Shown piece after piece: positions 12,379 to 26,406 of a stretch of DNA of 64,000 bases (position 1 is its first letter; each line of letters opens with the position of its first letter). Source of the DNA: Octopus sinensis (lineage: Eukaryota); NCBI RefSeq assembly GCF_006345805.1, contig NC_043008.1:34224001-34288000 (forward strand), given 5' to 3'. The translations under genes and the position numbers were made by a program. The notes below the pieces were generated by a model that had not been told where the DNA came from, made no database searches, and saw nothing but the letters and a program-made list of their open reading frames with translations.

Positions 12379-12974
12379 CATATATATATTTATTGTTTTT
12401 TGAAGTCTGTGTTGCGTTCTGTTCACAGACTTGCACTTAAAATTCCAACGTTTTTTATCAAAATTTGTTAGTTTCTATGGTGACAACTACCTACCTACCT
12501 ACCCACATACATACATATCTATCTATCTTTCACTCTCCCTCACTAATTGTATTTCTCTCTCAAGAACAATTTTCTCCTCCCCTTCTAAATATACGTTGTG
12601 GCACGGGTTATCTCCCCTTTTGACTCCTCCCCTTCTTCCCTTCTAATAGATGTTGAGACGGACAGACAGACGGAGATTAACATCGTTTTATAAGATGTTC
12701 AAGAATTCATTGAAATATACAAATTTGTTTTGGTCATAAGAATTTAGAATCTTCGATGGATATGAAATAAATAGTTTATAACGGTACACCTTGAAGTAGA
12801 TAGAGCTATAAATAATAGTAAATAAATGTTGGATGGAAACCTTGGATGGAAAAAGTGAAAGCTTACCTATGGAACTCGAACCCACATCTTCTGTAACACA
12901 TGTTACACGTTTTACCATTGTAGCAAAATAATCCTTCGAATTTCGGCACACATTTTAGAAGCTTCGATTATGCA

Positions 12975-13520
12975 TAACGTAGAATTCTTATCAATAATTT
13001 TTATTCTTTTAATTATCCACCGAGGTCATCAAGAATTGTATATATTATTAATTATAGTAATTTTTAAAATTATTATATAATAATCATAATTCCTACTGAA
13101 GGGTATAATATAAAAATAAATAGGTATTTAATTATCTTATCTGTTATTTTTATTCTTTAGTTATCTGGCGTAGTCATCAATAACTGTACATATTGTAATT
13201 TATTATAATAATTTTTCAATTATTATATAAGAAGGTTAATTCTTATATATGAGTTTATTATAATAAATAAATAGATATTTAGTTGTCTTTTCTGTAATTT
13301 TCATTCTTTAATTACCTAGTAAGATCCTCGGTGGTTGTGTATATTGTCGAATATAATAATTCTTCAGTTATTATAAAATAAGGTTAATTCCTATAGAAGG
13401 GTTTATTATATTAAATATATCAATGGGTAATTAATTGTTGCGAGATAAAGTATATAAGTTTCTATTAAGCATTACGTAGAATTATTATCGGTAGTTTTTA
13501 TTCTTCAATTATATATTAAG
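12975..13520. repeat. Diverged AT-rich minisatellite, period ~150 bp (3-4 copies; a related unit near 14780)
   Basis: Recurrent TTTTATTCTTTAATTATC...GTCATCAA...TATTATATAA...GGTTAATTCCTA...AAGGGT motifs at about 150-bp spacing. Confidence 0.65.
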
Positions 13521-13623
13521 CACAAACAGAAGGACCCGGTTTCACTCGGGTTATAAACTAATAGCCTTAAACAGTACTCTTTGCTTGCAGTGTAATTTGA
13601 CACCTTCCTTCTGGGCACGGTTA

Positions 13624-14143
13624 GGTAAATATTTCGTAAAAGAGCCGTTCGTACCTCAGTGTCAAATAATTTTTATCCACGAGATTTTTCGAGTGCAATC
13701 AGCGTATCTGACCTTCAAACCGCCGTAAGCCACCTTTTTCCAGAAAAGAATGGGGGAGGGGTGGTGGGGACCTAGGAGTTTCCTACCAACGGAGTTCTGT
13801 TTCGCGGGTTTTTGTTTTTTCTTTTCCAGGTTACTTCGCATACTTTCAACGAATGTGACATCGAAATCATGCGTAAACGGTTCTTTTCCCCAGAAAAGGA
13901 AAGATTTGGCTGCTATCTCTTGCACGCCCTACTACCACGTAACAGCTATTTGTGATAAAGGACCCGCCGATATTTCGCTGAGAAATAACTTTTTGGCGCC
14001 CCTCCCCCACCACTTTTCTTTTCCGGAAAAAAGTGGCTTGCAGCGGGTTTGGAGGTCAGACACGTTGAATGCATTCGAAAAACCTTGTGGAAAAAATGAT
14101 TTCACACCTAGGTATGAACTGGTCCTTTACGAAATATTTACCC
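13624..14143. mobile_element. MITE-like element with ~150-bp imperfect terminal inverted repeats
   Basis: 13624-13770 (GGTAAATATTTCGTAAA...AAGCCACCTTTTTCCAGAAAAG) is the diverged reverse complement of 13996-14143. Confidence 0.65.
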
Positions 14144-15722
14144 ATTGTTATTTACTGATACACAAATACAGAAGTTTGTAAACAATGAAAGTAGCTGTAA
14201 TAATGTTCTTGGTACCAGAAATCGTTACAACATGGTTATTTACTGGTACACCGGTACAGCGTTTTTGTTTGACCTTTCAGCTTTTTTAAGATTTTGTTTG
14301 TGTTGGTGTACACAAATACACCAGTGCTGAAGATTGTAAACAATAAAAGTAGCTGTAATATTTTTTTGGTGCCAAACATTGTTAGAACGGTAAACGCTAG
14401 ACAGAATGGTTGACAGAATGAAGAGAGAATGATAGAGGTGTAACGTCGTCGTCGTCGTGGTATAAAAATGCTCTTTACTATATCATACGTAACGAACGCG
14501 CAAACACACACCTTCACAGACACATACACACTCGTATACAAAATGTGACGTCGCCGTCGTCGTGGTATAAAATGTCCGTTACTATAGTTGACTACAGAAA
14601 GATTATTTTCGAGAAAATGTTATATTATTTCAATCCAAACGAAAATAAAAGCTACATGTTGACACTCGCTGAGTGTAATACTATTACCTTGTAACATTTG
14701 ATTTGATTTGGTGGAACCGTTTGAGAATGCATAGGGAATAGACAGACAGACAAACAAACAAAAAAAATTATATATATAGATAACGTAGAATTCTTGACTG
14801 CAGTTTTTGTTCTTTAGATATCCAGTGACGTCATCAATTTTAGTAGATAAATTTACTCGTTTTCAAAGTTAGGCTTTTTCTATGTAGATTTCAAATTGCC
14901 AGAAAATATGGAATTAGTATGGTGTTTTTACGTTTGCCTTAGCAAAGGTGGAGTATTGTTTTCAGTCGCGTTTGTTTATTTGTTTCTTTGTCCATGGACA
15001 AGATATCTCAAGAACCACTGGATGAATTCAGATGAAACTTTCGGTGATGTTTGGTATCGTGACTGGCACGAACTGATTAGATTTGGGGATCGATCTGGTA
15101 TCTGACAAGGATTCTAGATTATTTGTTATATATACTTTACATGATTATGATCATACGTTAACTTTCAAGTCTTTCTCATTTATCTCTCTTTAGGCCGTAA
15201 CTCTTTTGAATGGTGAATTAGATAAGAATAAACTATTTATTACTGTTACTAAATTTTCTACAGCCACCTTCATATTCCGTGACTACCATTAGAATAGAAT
15301 AATCCAGACAGGATTCTGGATTATTTTTTCCGGGTTTTTTACTTTTTCCGGGTTTTTAGTATTCTCGTTTGTGTTTTCATTTTAAAAATCATCTCTGGCT
15401 AATCGTTGAGAAGACGTTGGTGTTACCTTGGTTGAGCTTTGCGCTCTCTGACTGCTCTTGTTTATATTTTACCTTTCTAAACTAAATTAGTTATTCAATG
15501 ACGTCAGTCTTGGTTGGATGAATGAATGTCTAAAGTTAAATTTGGTTTGGCGTTTCTTTTTGTTAGCGTTTATTAAGAGCTAAAATTTTCCAGATTTTCA
15601 GTTAGAATTTCACCTATTTGGATTACCTTAATAATGGTGTGTTGATATAATTTTTCGTATATATTATTATTAATTCTAATAATATTATGCATATACATAT
15701 ATATCGGTATGTGTATACTTGA

Positions 15723-15753
<31 letters not shown>

Positions 15754-15887
15754 TGTATGTATGTATGTATGTATGTATGTATGCATGCATGTATGTATGT
15801 ATGTATGTATGTAGGTATGTAGGTATGTATGTATGTATGCATGCATGTATGTATGTATGCATGTATGTATGTATGTATGTATGTATG

Positions 15888-15921
<34 letters not shown>

Positions 15922-16770
15922 TGTATTATGTATTATGTATGTATGTATGTATGTATGTATGTATGTATGTATGTATTATGTATGTATGTATGTATGTATG
16001 TATGTATGTATGTATGTATGTATGTTTGTATGTACGTATATATGTACGTATGTATGTATGTATAGGTTAATGCAATTGAAACAATTGTTGGATTTTTATG
16101 GAGCGCTCTAAAACGTAAAAGAATAAAAGAATTATATATATATCTATATATACATGTACGTGTGTTTGTGTGGCAATAAAGTAACACAACCATGCTCAGG
16201 CTTTCTGAAGTGGCCACCCAAGCTTCTCTAGCCTGGCATTTAGAACCACTTCTCGAAAGAAGGCCGTGAGCACACAATAAGATAGTGAGAGTTTGACGTT
16301 TGAGAGATTTGTTATTTAAAATAGATTTATCATGTATACTACTTCAGGCACTCTGTCTATCTATATAAGTAATTTGAACTTGGCTGGATTTAAATTGGTT
16401 GTCATTTATAGCTGAAACGAAATTTATATCACGAATAAAATTGCAGCCTTCATAAATAGCCGATCTTACATACATACATACATACATAAGTATAAATATA
16501 CGTACACAGATCATTTCAATGACCTGTGGCAAAACAAAGAAGAAGAAGAAGAAGAAGAAGAAGAAGAAGAAGAAGAAGAAGAAGAAGAAGAAGAAGAAGA
16601 AGAAGAAGAAGAAGAAGAAGAAGATGAAGAAGAAGAAGAGACCTATTACTTGCTTACCATTACTCTGGAAATTGCTAACTGGCCTTATAGCAGATGAAGT
16701 ATAATTTTCTGGAAAAGAAACTACTGCCCGAAGAGCAAAAATGATGAAGGAGAAATCAAGAGGAACTGCT

Positions 16771-16824
<54 letters not shown>

Positions 16825-17159
16825 GCAGAATATTAAATGAGGCGAGGAAGGAGAGTACTGTGTCAACTTGCTGAGGCAGTTACAAAAGGCTATCACGACG
16901 AAACGCCAGCAAAACTGGCGAAAGGTGTTTTGCTGTATCAGTTTTTGGTCACTTTCAATGAGAACATCTTGGTCAGCCTATGGACTTTTCAACCGACCCT
17001 CGAGTGTGCGTGTGTGCACGTGTGTGTGTGTGCGCGCGTGTGTGTGTATGTGTGTGTGTGTATGCGTGAGTGTGTATGTGTATATGTATACGTATGAATA
17101 TGTTTGCATATATATTTATACATGTATATATAGTGTATATATAAGTATATATGTATGTT

Positions 17160-17380
17160 TTACTGTTTTACTTGTTTCAGTCATGTGACTGTGGCCATGC
17201 TGGAGCACCGCCTTTAGTCGAGCAAATCAACTTATTCTTTGTAAGCCTAGTACTTATTCTATCGGTCTCTTTTGCAGAACCGCTAAGTTACGAGGACGTA
17301 AACACATCAGCATCGGTTGTCAAGCGATGTTGGGAAGACAAACACAGAAACACAGACACACACACACACACACACACACA

Positions 17381-17444
<64 letters not shown>

Positions 17445-17620
17445 CATATATATATATACGACGGGCTTCTTTCAGTTTCCGTCTACCAAATCCACTCACA
17501 AGGCTTTGGTCGGCCCGAGGCTATAGTAGAAGACACTTGCCCAAGGTGCCACGCAGTGGGACTGAACCCGGAACCATGTGGTTCGTAAACAAGCTACTTA
17601 ACACACAGCCACTCCTACGC
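17160..17620 (-). mobile_element. tRNA-derived SINE with an internal (CA)/(TA) microsatellite. Other copies at 47340-47772 and 50510-50780 (partial)
   Basis: The minus strand begins GGCGTAGGAGTGGCTGTGTGTTAAG...GGTTCAGTCCCAC (A/B-box-like). The copy at 47340-47772 is closely similar. Confidence 0.8.
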
Positions 17621-18238
17621 CATGTGTATATCAATACATGCATATAATATTTATAGTAAATATATATATATATACTTTTATATAAGCATATATATACATA
17701 TATAATGTATACAAGTATATATGGCATACCTTACAATAATTTCATTATCAGCTCAATGTTTGGTTTTTCTTTTTTAAATGATTTCTGTTTATTTCTCTAT
17801 TATCCTCTCTACATTTGTTACCGTCCTTGAAGAGGTTTTCGTTTTTAATTTTGTTCGTGTTTTATATCTTGTATTCATTGCAAGTTTTTTTTATAGCCAT
17901 TTACTCATTGCAAGTTTTTTTTAATAGCCTTGCAATTAATAGTTTTATAGTTGCATAAGGACGCTACTCTCTTTGTATTTATGATAAATATACTATTTCT
18001 ACAGTCATTATTTTCCTTCTTTTGCTTTCTTGTCCTGCTAATTCATTTAGCTTCCAGTAGAGAATAATATAGCTATACTTTATTACTAGGATAGATAAAA
18101 TCTTGATACCCGTTACTTATTTGCATAAAATTTTTATTTAAAGTATTAAAGCAACACATTTACAATGTTTCTTCTTTTCTTTAACTTATGACTAGTTCAG
18201 TAATTCCTAGGTATTATTTTTTCTTATATTTGTTATAG

Positions 18239-18409
18239 CAATGTGGTCATGGTTGGACTTCGATGAAAGGCAGAGTTATATTTTGGTTTCATTTGAATTT
18301 CGCAACTAGTTCTGGTTATGTGATGTTTAAATTATATGGCCAACAATGCATGCGATGTAAAAATGGTTGTTATGAACCAGCAATGTGGTACCCTGAAGAA
18401 GTTGTAAAA
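18239..18409 (+). CDS. RTP-like zf-3CxxC gene, exon C (QCGHGWTSMKGRVIFWFHLNFATSSGYVMFKLYGQQCMRCKNGCYEPAMWYPEEVVK)
   Basis: TTTGTTATAG acceptor, AAA|GTGAGT donor, phase 0 at both ends. Completes the first CxxC (CQ|QC) and holds the GQxCxxC motif typical of RTP proteins. Confidence 0.92.
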
Positions 18410-18493
18410 GTGAGTGAATCAACTTTCCATTATTGCCATTTGTCTCTGCTTCTGTTTTCGTCTCGGCCTGTCTGTCTCCACTTTCTATTCTCA

Positions 18494-18576
<83 letters not shown>

Positions 18577-18768
18577 GCCATGATAGATCGCTAGCCACTA
18601 TGCCGTTTTCTATTTTCTCTCCCTGTTTATTTCTGTGATCTTTTCTGTCGAAGAGCGTAGGCTCGAAACGTAAAATACTTTCTCACTTCCCGAGCGTTAT
18701 ACTAATACATCTGTTTGTTGATTACATACCCGTCTTCGTCTTTTGTTGTTTTTTTTTGTAAATTCTCA
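18577..18768 (+). mobile_element. Short (TA)n-flanked PLE-derived repeat with a minimal HHR variant (18642-18675). Second copy at 56450-56620
   Basis: The two copies align end to end. Both carry TTT-CTGTNGAA-GAGC-GTAG-GCTC-GAAA-CG-TA-AAA. Confidence 0.7.
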
Positions 18769-18769
18769 C

Positions 18770-18872
<103 letters not shown>

Positions 18873-19099
18873 TTAGTAACATAGCAGACATATTGCTGAA
18901 GCCTACTCTAAATTACATACCAAGCGTTGTAAGCTGTGACTGGGGCCTGTTAAACCACCTCTCAGAAAACATGTAAACCGTCTCACATATATAATAAAGT
19001 AAATCTCTATCCTACTATCCATGCAAAAGCCATACAATTCTTTCTTGAAAAATTCCTCAACGAAATACCGGAGCGAATAGATAAAAATAAATTACTGCA

Positions 19100-20300
19100 G
19101 TAATTAAATTTATCACACAAAATAATCTTTTCAACTTTAGTGACAATAGTTACGAACAAATACCTCGAACTGCAATGGGAATGGTGGTTGCCCCAACGTA
19201 CACCAATTTGGTCATGGCATCCGCAGGAATCCAAATATGCGAACAGTCCAGACTGAAGTGCAACATCAACTTCTACAAATTATCTATTAAAAGAATTGGA
19301 GAGATAACTTGGATGACTACTTCATTCTGGTTTTGACCAACTTATTGATTTCATAATTTTGATTAATAAACAACGGGAATAATAAACACTATGGAATACA
19401 AATCGGCTATCCTTCCTGGATATCTTACAAATAACAAAGTATATAAATATTGAAACCGACAGCCACTACAAATATACAGACTCTAAAAAAGGCTTATTAT
19501 TAAATTCTTGCGATGCAAAACATACGGAAACGAATGTAACTGTTTAATCTATCACAAAGAATATATTCATTCATTTCGAATTTTGAAACTCAAAATACAA
19601 GACTCCAAGAATTAAACCAAATTCTACTTGAAAGACAGTCTTCAACAAAATTTATTAACGTAATAGAACGTGACAAAGCAAAAGAAGTTTAAGAATCACA
19701 TATTACAAAAATAATGCGCCAAATATTCTGTAATACATCACAACAGATAACCCAAGAAAACAGAAACATTCAATGCAAGATCTAAGAATGAAACAAGCAC
19801 CCGAAATACACAAAATAATCAAAAGCAAAAAACAACCTAAATTCCTAAATGTATTACTTACCAACGCTAAATTATCCACTGCTAACACAACACCTATACT
19901 TAAAAAATGCGGTCAGTCTGACTGCAGAATTTGCATCCATCAACGTTATAGAAAACATATCTTGTGAATTCACATCAGAACATATTTCACTGCATAAAAA
20001 AAATCACTTCATTTGTGCATCAAAAATCTTAATTTATTCTACTAAATGTAACAGCTGTAATGAAGATTACACAAGGTAAAAGAAGCTTGCCGTAAGAAAC
20101 AGACTGGGTATTCATAGGCAGTAAATACGAAATTCTAATGCCGGGACAGATTCTGCTAAGTGAACACTAAGATTTACGTGCAACAAACAAATCACCAAAA
20201 TTCTAGCATGGCAGTTTAAGCCAGAATTTCTATATAAAAGGAGTAAATGTTTTAATTCCAGTCAAACTCGAGACAATACGGCATTGTTCTCGGTCCTTTC
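19100..20300 (+). mobile_element. Degenerate Penelope-like retroelement (RT plus cysteine linker plus GIY-YIG; Neptune-like)
   Basis: Fragments YEQIPRTAMGMVVAPTYTNLVMA (RT motif B'), LSFLDI, KKCGQSDCRIC, and FICASKILIYSTKCNSCNEDY (start of GIY-YIG). Many stops and frameshifts. Confidence 0.7.
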
Positions 20301-21284
20301 ATTTACAGTATTTCCAGTATGATGGAATTGTAAAGCGGTTAAGTAAATGTAAATAAATATTTTTAAAGACTTCAAGTGCATCTTTATTTTTTCTTTCTTT
20401 ATACTGCACGTCTATATTCCTCTGTGTGTGTATTTGTGAATATGTTAACTAATATATACTAACATTACTAATTTGCTTATATTAACTAATATACAAAACT
20501 AAATATCATTCTGTACATCTTACTTAACATGGATATTCTATCAAAAGCCACGAAATTGCGGTATTGAGAAAGCATCTCATATAGACGTATAGTGCTAAAA
20601 AGCATAGAAGTGTATCAATAACAAACGAAAGGCATTCAGCATGGTGATAGTATTGCCAAACCCAGTGTCTTTGCTCGTCATCAGTAGCAAGTATACACTA
20701 TCAACCAGATGCTCAGACAAATTTTGCTTTTACTAAAACAGGAAAACAATAATTAACAAATCACTGGTTTTGAAGATAGTTTGCGGGCTGAGTAGAAATT
20801 TGTTATTAGCAACAGAAGCAGTATTGGTTCAGAACAGCATTCTATATATCTTACTTAACGTGGAAATACTATCGAAAGCTACAAAACTGCTGTATACGTC
20901 TTGAGAAAGCTTCTCGTGTAGACAAAAATAGCTTCCAACAGCGGTTAAGGAGTTGTTAATTAATGATTTCTATCTCTTAGCAGTCTTTGCACGTCACACA
21001 CACACATGCATGCATAGAAATATTATAGCATAGTTAATATTGCTAACATAGCATATTTTACTCATTGACTTGTAGACTTAATTTTCTTCTCTATAATGTC
21101 GTATGTAGCTAGTTAAGACGGTTGATATATTTCACTTGTAAAATATTAAAATTCTCTGAGGAAAGAAAAATAAGACCTGGTATGGCATAAAAAATCTGAC
21201 TGGAGTTAAACAACAACAGCCACAATCATACTCTAGAAGTCTTCAGAAAAGAAGTGACATATAACGAGTCATGGACAAAAGGGT

Positions 21285-21520
21285 GGAGGCGGAATGGCCC
21301 AGTGGTTAGGGCAGCGGACTCGCGGTCGGAGGATAGCAGTTTCGATTACGAGACCGAGCGTTGTGAGTTTATTGAGCGAAAATACCTAAAAGCTCCACGA
21401 AGCTCCGGCAGGGTTGGTGGTGACCCCTGTTGTACTCTTTCGCCACCAACTTTCTCTCACTCTCTCTTCCTGTTTCTTGAGTAACGCTGCGATGGACTGG
21501 GGCCATGAGCCTGGCAAGGC
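21285..21520 (+). mobile_element. tRNA-derived SINE (GGAGGCGGAATGGCCCAGTGGTTAGGGCAGCGG... family). Copy at 57870-58020 (-); related remnants at 5550-5880, 22520-22800 and 41890-42000
   Basis: tRNA-like head with A-box TGGCCCAGTGG and B-box GTTTCGATT, followed by a non-tRNA body. Confidence 0.7.
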
Positions 21521-21787
21521 TTGAAAAGGGCGACGTTTATCGTATGGACAAAAGGCAATTATTGGCATTATTTGCCAATTACTTGGCATTATTTTTAGGA
21601 GTAGGGCCCGCCTGCTGATGAGCTATGTCTCATGCGGGCCGCTTCTCGAATAACCTTGCCCATGCCTGCATTAGTTAACGTGACTCTGTAGAAACCCTCA
21701 AAATGGCATGGCTTTGATTATAGAACTACGAGACTACCACCATCACATCATCACCACCACAACAACTATTATCACTACCACAGCTAT

Positions 21788-21820
<33 letters not shown>

Positions 21821-22962
21821 ATAAAAACATATCTCCATCGAATATGGTAAATAATATTTCGTCTGTCTTGAGGCGACAAGCTGGCAGAGTCATTAGCACG
21901 CCGAACAAAAACGCTTAGCGACATTTCGTCTGAGTTTATGTTCAAAGTTCAAATTCCGCTAAGGTCGACTTTGCCTTTCATCTTTTCGGGGTCGATAAAA
22001 TAAGTATACATTGAGCACTGAGGTCGATGTATACGACTTGCCCTCTACCCCGAAGTTTCGGGCCTTGTGCCAAACTTTAAAAACAATATTTCAACTCTCT
22101 ATTATTGGATCGGTGAATTTTTCCATATTAGATTGTCTTTTTTTACTAGCTCAACTGCCTTTCCTTTTTTTCTTTTGATAGTTTAAAGTTATTTCATTCT
22201 TCGTGACTTCATAACTATCAATAATGATTGAAAATTCAGCCGTAATGGTATTCAATTTAAGTTTATATTTTTCATAACATTCCACTTACATACACATATA
22301 TCGATCTTTGCTGAATCGCTTCAGTGTGGTATCTAACTTTTAAGTCAGTTTTTGTTCAGTATTATCATCAATGGGTTCACTAACGTGAGTCAACGGTCAT
22401 CATGTATTTAGTTGTGAAGACGATGGCTAGAAGAATGCGAAGAATCTCATATATACTTCATTCGTCATAAGAGATATGCACACACTAGATTATGGAACCC
22501 GCCTGGAACTAACAGAAAAATAGCTCGAACTGAGAAAAGATATGACACAGCAGTTTGAGCTTCAATCGTGAGATAGTGAGTTTGATTCCTGGACCGGGCT
22601 GTGTGTTGTGTACTTGAGCAAGACACTTTATTTCACGTTTCTCCAGTTCACTAAGCTGTAGAAATGAGTTGCGACGTATCAGGTTTTCCCTTGGACAACA
22701 TCGGTGGTGTGGAGAGGGGAGACTGGTATGCATGGGCTACTACTGGTCTTCCACAAACAACCTTACCGGACTTGTTCCTCGGTGCAATCCCATGGTCATT
22801 CGTAACTGAAGGGGTCTCTTTCTCCCTTTCTCTTTATATATATATACATATATTTATATACATACATACATACATACATACATACATACATACATACATA
22901 CATACATACATACATACATACATACTTATCATGTTGTTGATTTTAAAAAATTTTCTTTTTAG

Positions 22963-23127
22963 GTAATCGGAAACGTGTACAATCGAATTGGTCAACTGCA
23001 TTACGGGTTTGTTCGTCCTCCGCTTCGAATTGACCGTCGTGCCGGCAAACCTAGGAATCAGCACAATACAGATCTGTGCCAAGCATGCAAAGAAGGTTTA
23101 TGCAAAGAAGAATGGTCTTTCTCTTGA
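22963..23127 (+). CDS. RTP-like zf-3CxxC gene, terminal coding exon D (VIGNVYNRIGQLHYGFVRPPLRIDRRAGKPRNQHNTDLCQACKEGLCKEEWSFS*)
   Basis: TTTTCTTTTTAG acceptor, phase 0. H-x4-CxxC-x4-C motif (HNTDLCQACKEGLC) matches the RTP C-terminal zinc ligands. TGA at 23125-23127. Confidence 0.92.
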   Translation, partial: VIGNVYNRIGQLHYGFVRPPLRIDRRAGKPRNQHNTDLCQACKEGLCKEEWSFS

Positions 23128-23158
23128 CACAAGTTGCAGCTTTAAATGACATCACAAT

Positions 23159-23164
23159 AATAAA
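23159..23164 (+). terminator. Candidate polyadenylation signal AATAAA of the RTP-like gene
   Basis: AATAAA about 30 nt after the stop codon, followed by A/T-rich sequence. Confidence 0.45.
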
Positions 23165-25758
23165 AACGACAACGTGAACCTCATAAAAAAAGCATCAAAA
23201 TATTTGTTAAAATGTAGACATTTTTACTCTTTCATGTTCGTTAAAAAAACACAATATTTTTAAATATGTTTCTATATAAATATTCATATCGTATTTTATT
23301 TTTTATTATTTGTCCTGTGTAAAGCGACGAGTTGGCAGAATCGTTAGCACGGCGGGCGAAATACTTAGCAGTATTTCGTCTGCCGTTACGTTCTGAGTTC
23401 AAATTCCGCCGAGGTCGAGTACCAGTTACACACTGGGATCGATGTAATCGACTTAATCCGTTTGTCTGTCCTTGTTTGTCCGCTCTATGTTTAGCCCCTT
23501 GTGGGCAATAAGGAAATAAGAGTCGTTAGCATGTCAGGCAAAATTCTTAGCGACATTTCGTTCGACTTTACGTTTAGAGTTTAAATTCCGCAGAGGTCGG
23601 CTTGCCTTTCATCCGTTCGAGGTCGATAAAATAAGTACCAATCGAGAACTGGGTCGATATAATTAACTGGCCCCTCCTCACACCCAAATTTCAAGCCTTG
23701 TGCCTATACTAGAAAGGATTATTCGTTTTGTGTAAGACGACGAACTGGCAGAATCGTTAGCACTCCGGACAAAATGCTTAGCGGTATTATGTCTTTCTTT
23801 ACGTTCCGAACTAAAATTCCGCCGAGGCAGACTTAGTCTTTTATCTTTTCGGAGTCTGTAAAATAAGCACCAATCCAGTTCTGGGATTAATTTTATCAAC
23901 TTTCCTCTTCCATTAAAAACTGCTGGCCCTGTGCCAAAATTTAAGACCACTGTTCTTTGTAAGGTGACGAGCTGGCAGAATTATTATCATGCTTAGCGAC
24001 CCTACGTTCTGTGTTCAAATACTATTGCGGTCAACTTCAGCTTTCATCCTTTCGGGATCGATAAAATAAGTATCAGTTGAACACTGAATCCGATGTAATC
24101 GATTTACCCCTTTCCTTAAAATGTCTGGCCTTGTGCCAACATTTGAAACAATTATTTCTTCTGGGTCTTTAAAAAATTCGGTACTCGCTCATTCACTAAC
24201 ACCCAAATTCAATGAGTGAATTGCTATGATTTATCGAACATCTGGAACATTGACTCCTCCGTGAAGTGGGTAAAGGATCAATGCACTTGATGTTAAATTG
24301 ATATATTGCAGATTAGCATCAAAATTGTTGAATGTAAGAGCGGTGCTCTTGTTTGGCTTTCGCTGTGATGGCGAAAAGAAACTAAAGAACAAAAACAAAA
24401 AAAAAGACACACACACACACCTATGATTTATAAGCAGGCCCCTAACATCTGGTTATTTGAATTTCGTCTTTCCTTTCATCAGTCTATATAAGATTGCACT
24501 TCATATCCAATATAATAATCAGAAACGCACAATAGGAATAACCAGCTGTGAAGAGCCAGTTGTTTGATAATCAGAAATAACATTCTCCCTTTACTATTGA
24601 GTGCTGTGTTACTCTTCTGATCTGATAGTCGTCCAGTCCAACCCGCGTTTCTCTAGAGTTACGTCTAATCAATTACACTGTGTAACAAAATTTTTAATAT
24701 TTTTCTGTTTTTTTAGGTTTTTTTTTTTTTTTGTCTTTGGTCAGTGTTATTTCCTATCTGCTTCTATTTAGGAATCAAAGGAAATGACTACTATACCCTT
24801 CAAACTTTGCTTTTGTGACCTGGACATCAATGATTTTAAACTGTCCTATTTTCCATTACATTAAAGGCAAGGTTCAGCGCTGAGTTGCTGGATTTCAGGA
24901 ACATCGTTATAGCAAACGTTCTGCGCAACACCACAGATTTGCTTGTCAGTTGTTTGACCATAACCACTTGAGCATGTTTCTTAGTGGCTGGCAATATGTG
25001 CATCTCTGATCATGAGCAAGAGTAATGGGGAGCCATGTGTTGAAAGGAATTCGTTGAAGTTTGAATAAATATCACAAAAGCGAAGTTTGAAAGAAATATT
25101 AGCCACTTTCATACTTTCTAGGAGTAAGGAAATAGGAAATTTGCGACCCAGGGACAAAAATCGTGTTACACAGTGTTATTTACGTGCCTTGAGTCAACCA
25201 AAATACTTTGTCCCCAAAATTTCAGAATCTTACAGTTCCCCATCCCTTTTTTTTTTTTTAATGATGGATTTCTGCAGTTTCCTTCTACCAAATTTCATTC
25301 AAAAAAGGCTGAGCTGGAGCTGCGGCTCTTGTAGGCAAAATTTGTTTAAAACGCTGGAAAGTTGTCTTGAACCTTTGTACGCAAAAGAAACCACTTAATC
25401 GCAGAAAACACCGAACATGTCTTTTAAACCAGACATGTGCAATCTTATTCGAGAACCAGGCTGCGTTACTAAAAAGATTCAGGGTAATTTTCGCTAGACA
25501 TGTCATTCAGACAGTTCCACGGGCCGTAAATTTTGCATAACTGTCTTAAACAGTTCTCATCATCTGTTATTTTTACGACAATTCCTCGACATTTTTTGAC
25601 AGTTAAACGAAGAAATAACAACTCATAATACACTCCTGTGTACACACGTCTTGTAATTTCTCGCGAGATTTATGAACTTTGTTTATGGTTGCCAAACTAT
25701 TCCTTAACACAAGATAAATAAATTTCAAGAAGTGCACGCATACACACACACACACACA

Positions 25759-25804
<46 letters not shown>

Positions 25805-26350
25805 CTGCACACACAGCCACACATGGGTACTAGGATGTCTGTATGTGGCGTGCCTGTGAAAGAAAGACATAAAAAGGCAGACGAAGACAAGACAATAATC
25901 TGTACGCAGGCGTCATACCACGTGACCAATAGAAAAGGGAATGCAACACTTTTAATCGATTGATTGTTATTAATGTGTTTATGGTATATCATGGTTGTTA
26001 GATATATATTCATGCTGGTTTTTATATTAAAAGGTTAAAAACAATGTTGGGGCGCAAAAGAAAAGTGCCTGTTGGAGAAGGTATGAAATGATCCTATGAA
26101 TCCAGTTCGCGCGCGCGCGCACATACACATACATGCACGTGCATGAATGTACCTGTTTATATGTGTGAAGGTGTATATGCCTGAGTAGCAAAAACCTATA
26201 AATTTATTTGCTGCACCATACGGAGAGATTAGTAATTTTTAAGGATACGTATGGTGTACCAAGATACACATATTAGTTCTAAATAACTGTTATGTAACGG
26301 TGTTTTTCAGAAAACATATACTTCATGCAGTCAGCCATATTGAAGTGTTC

Positions 26351-26406
<56 letters not shown>

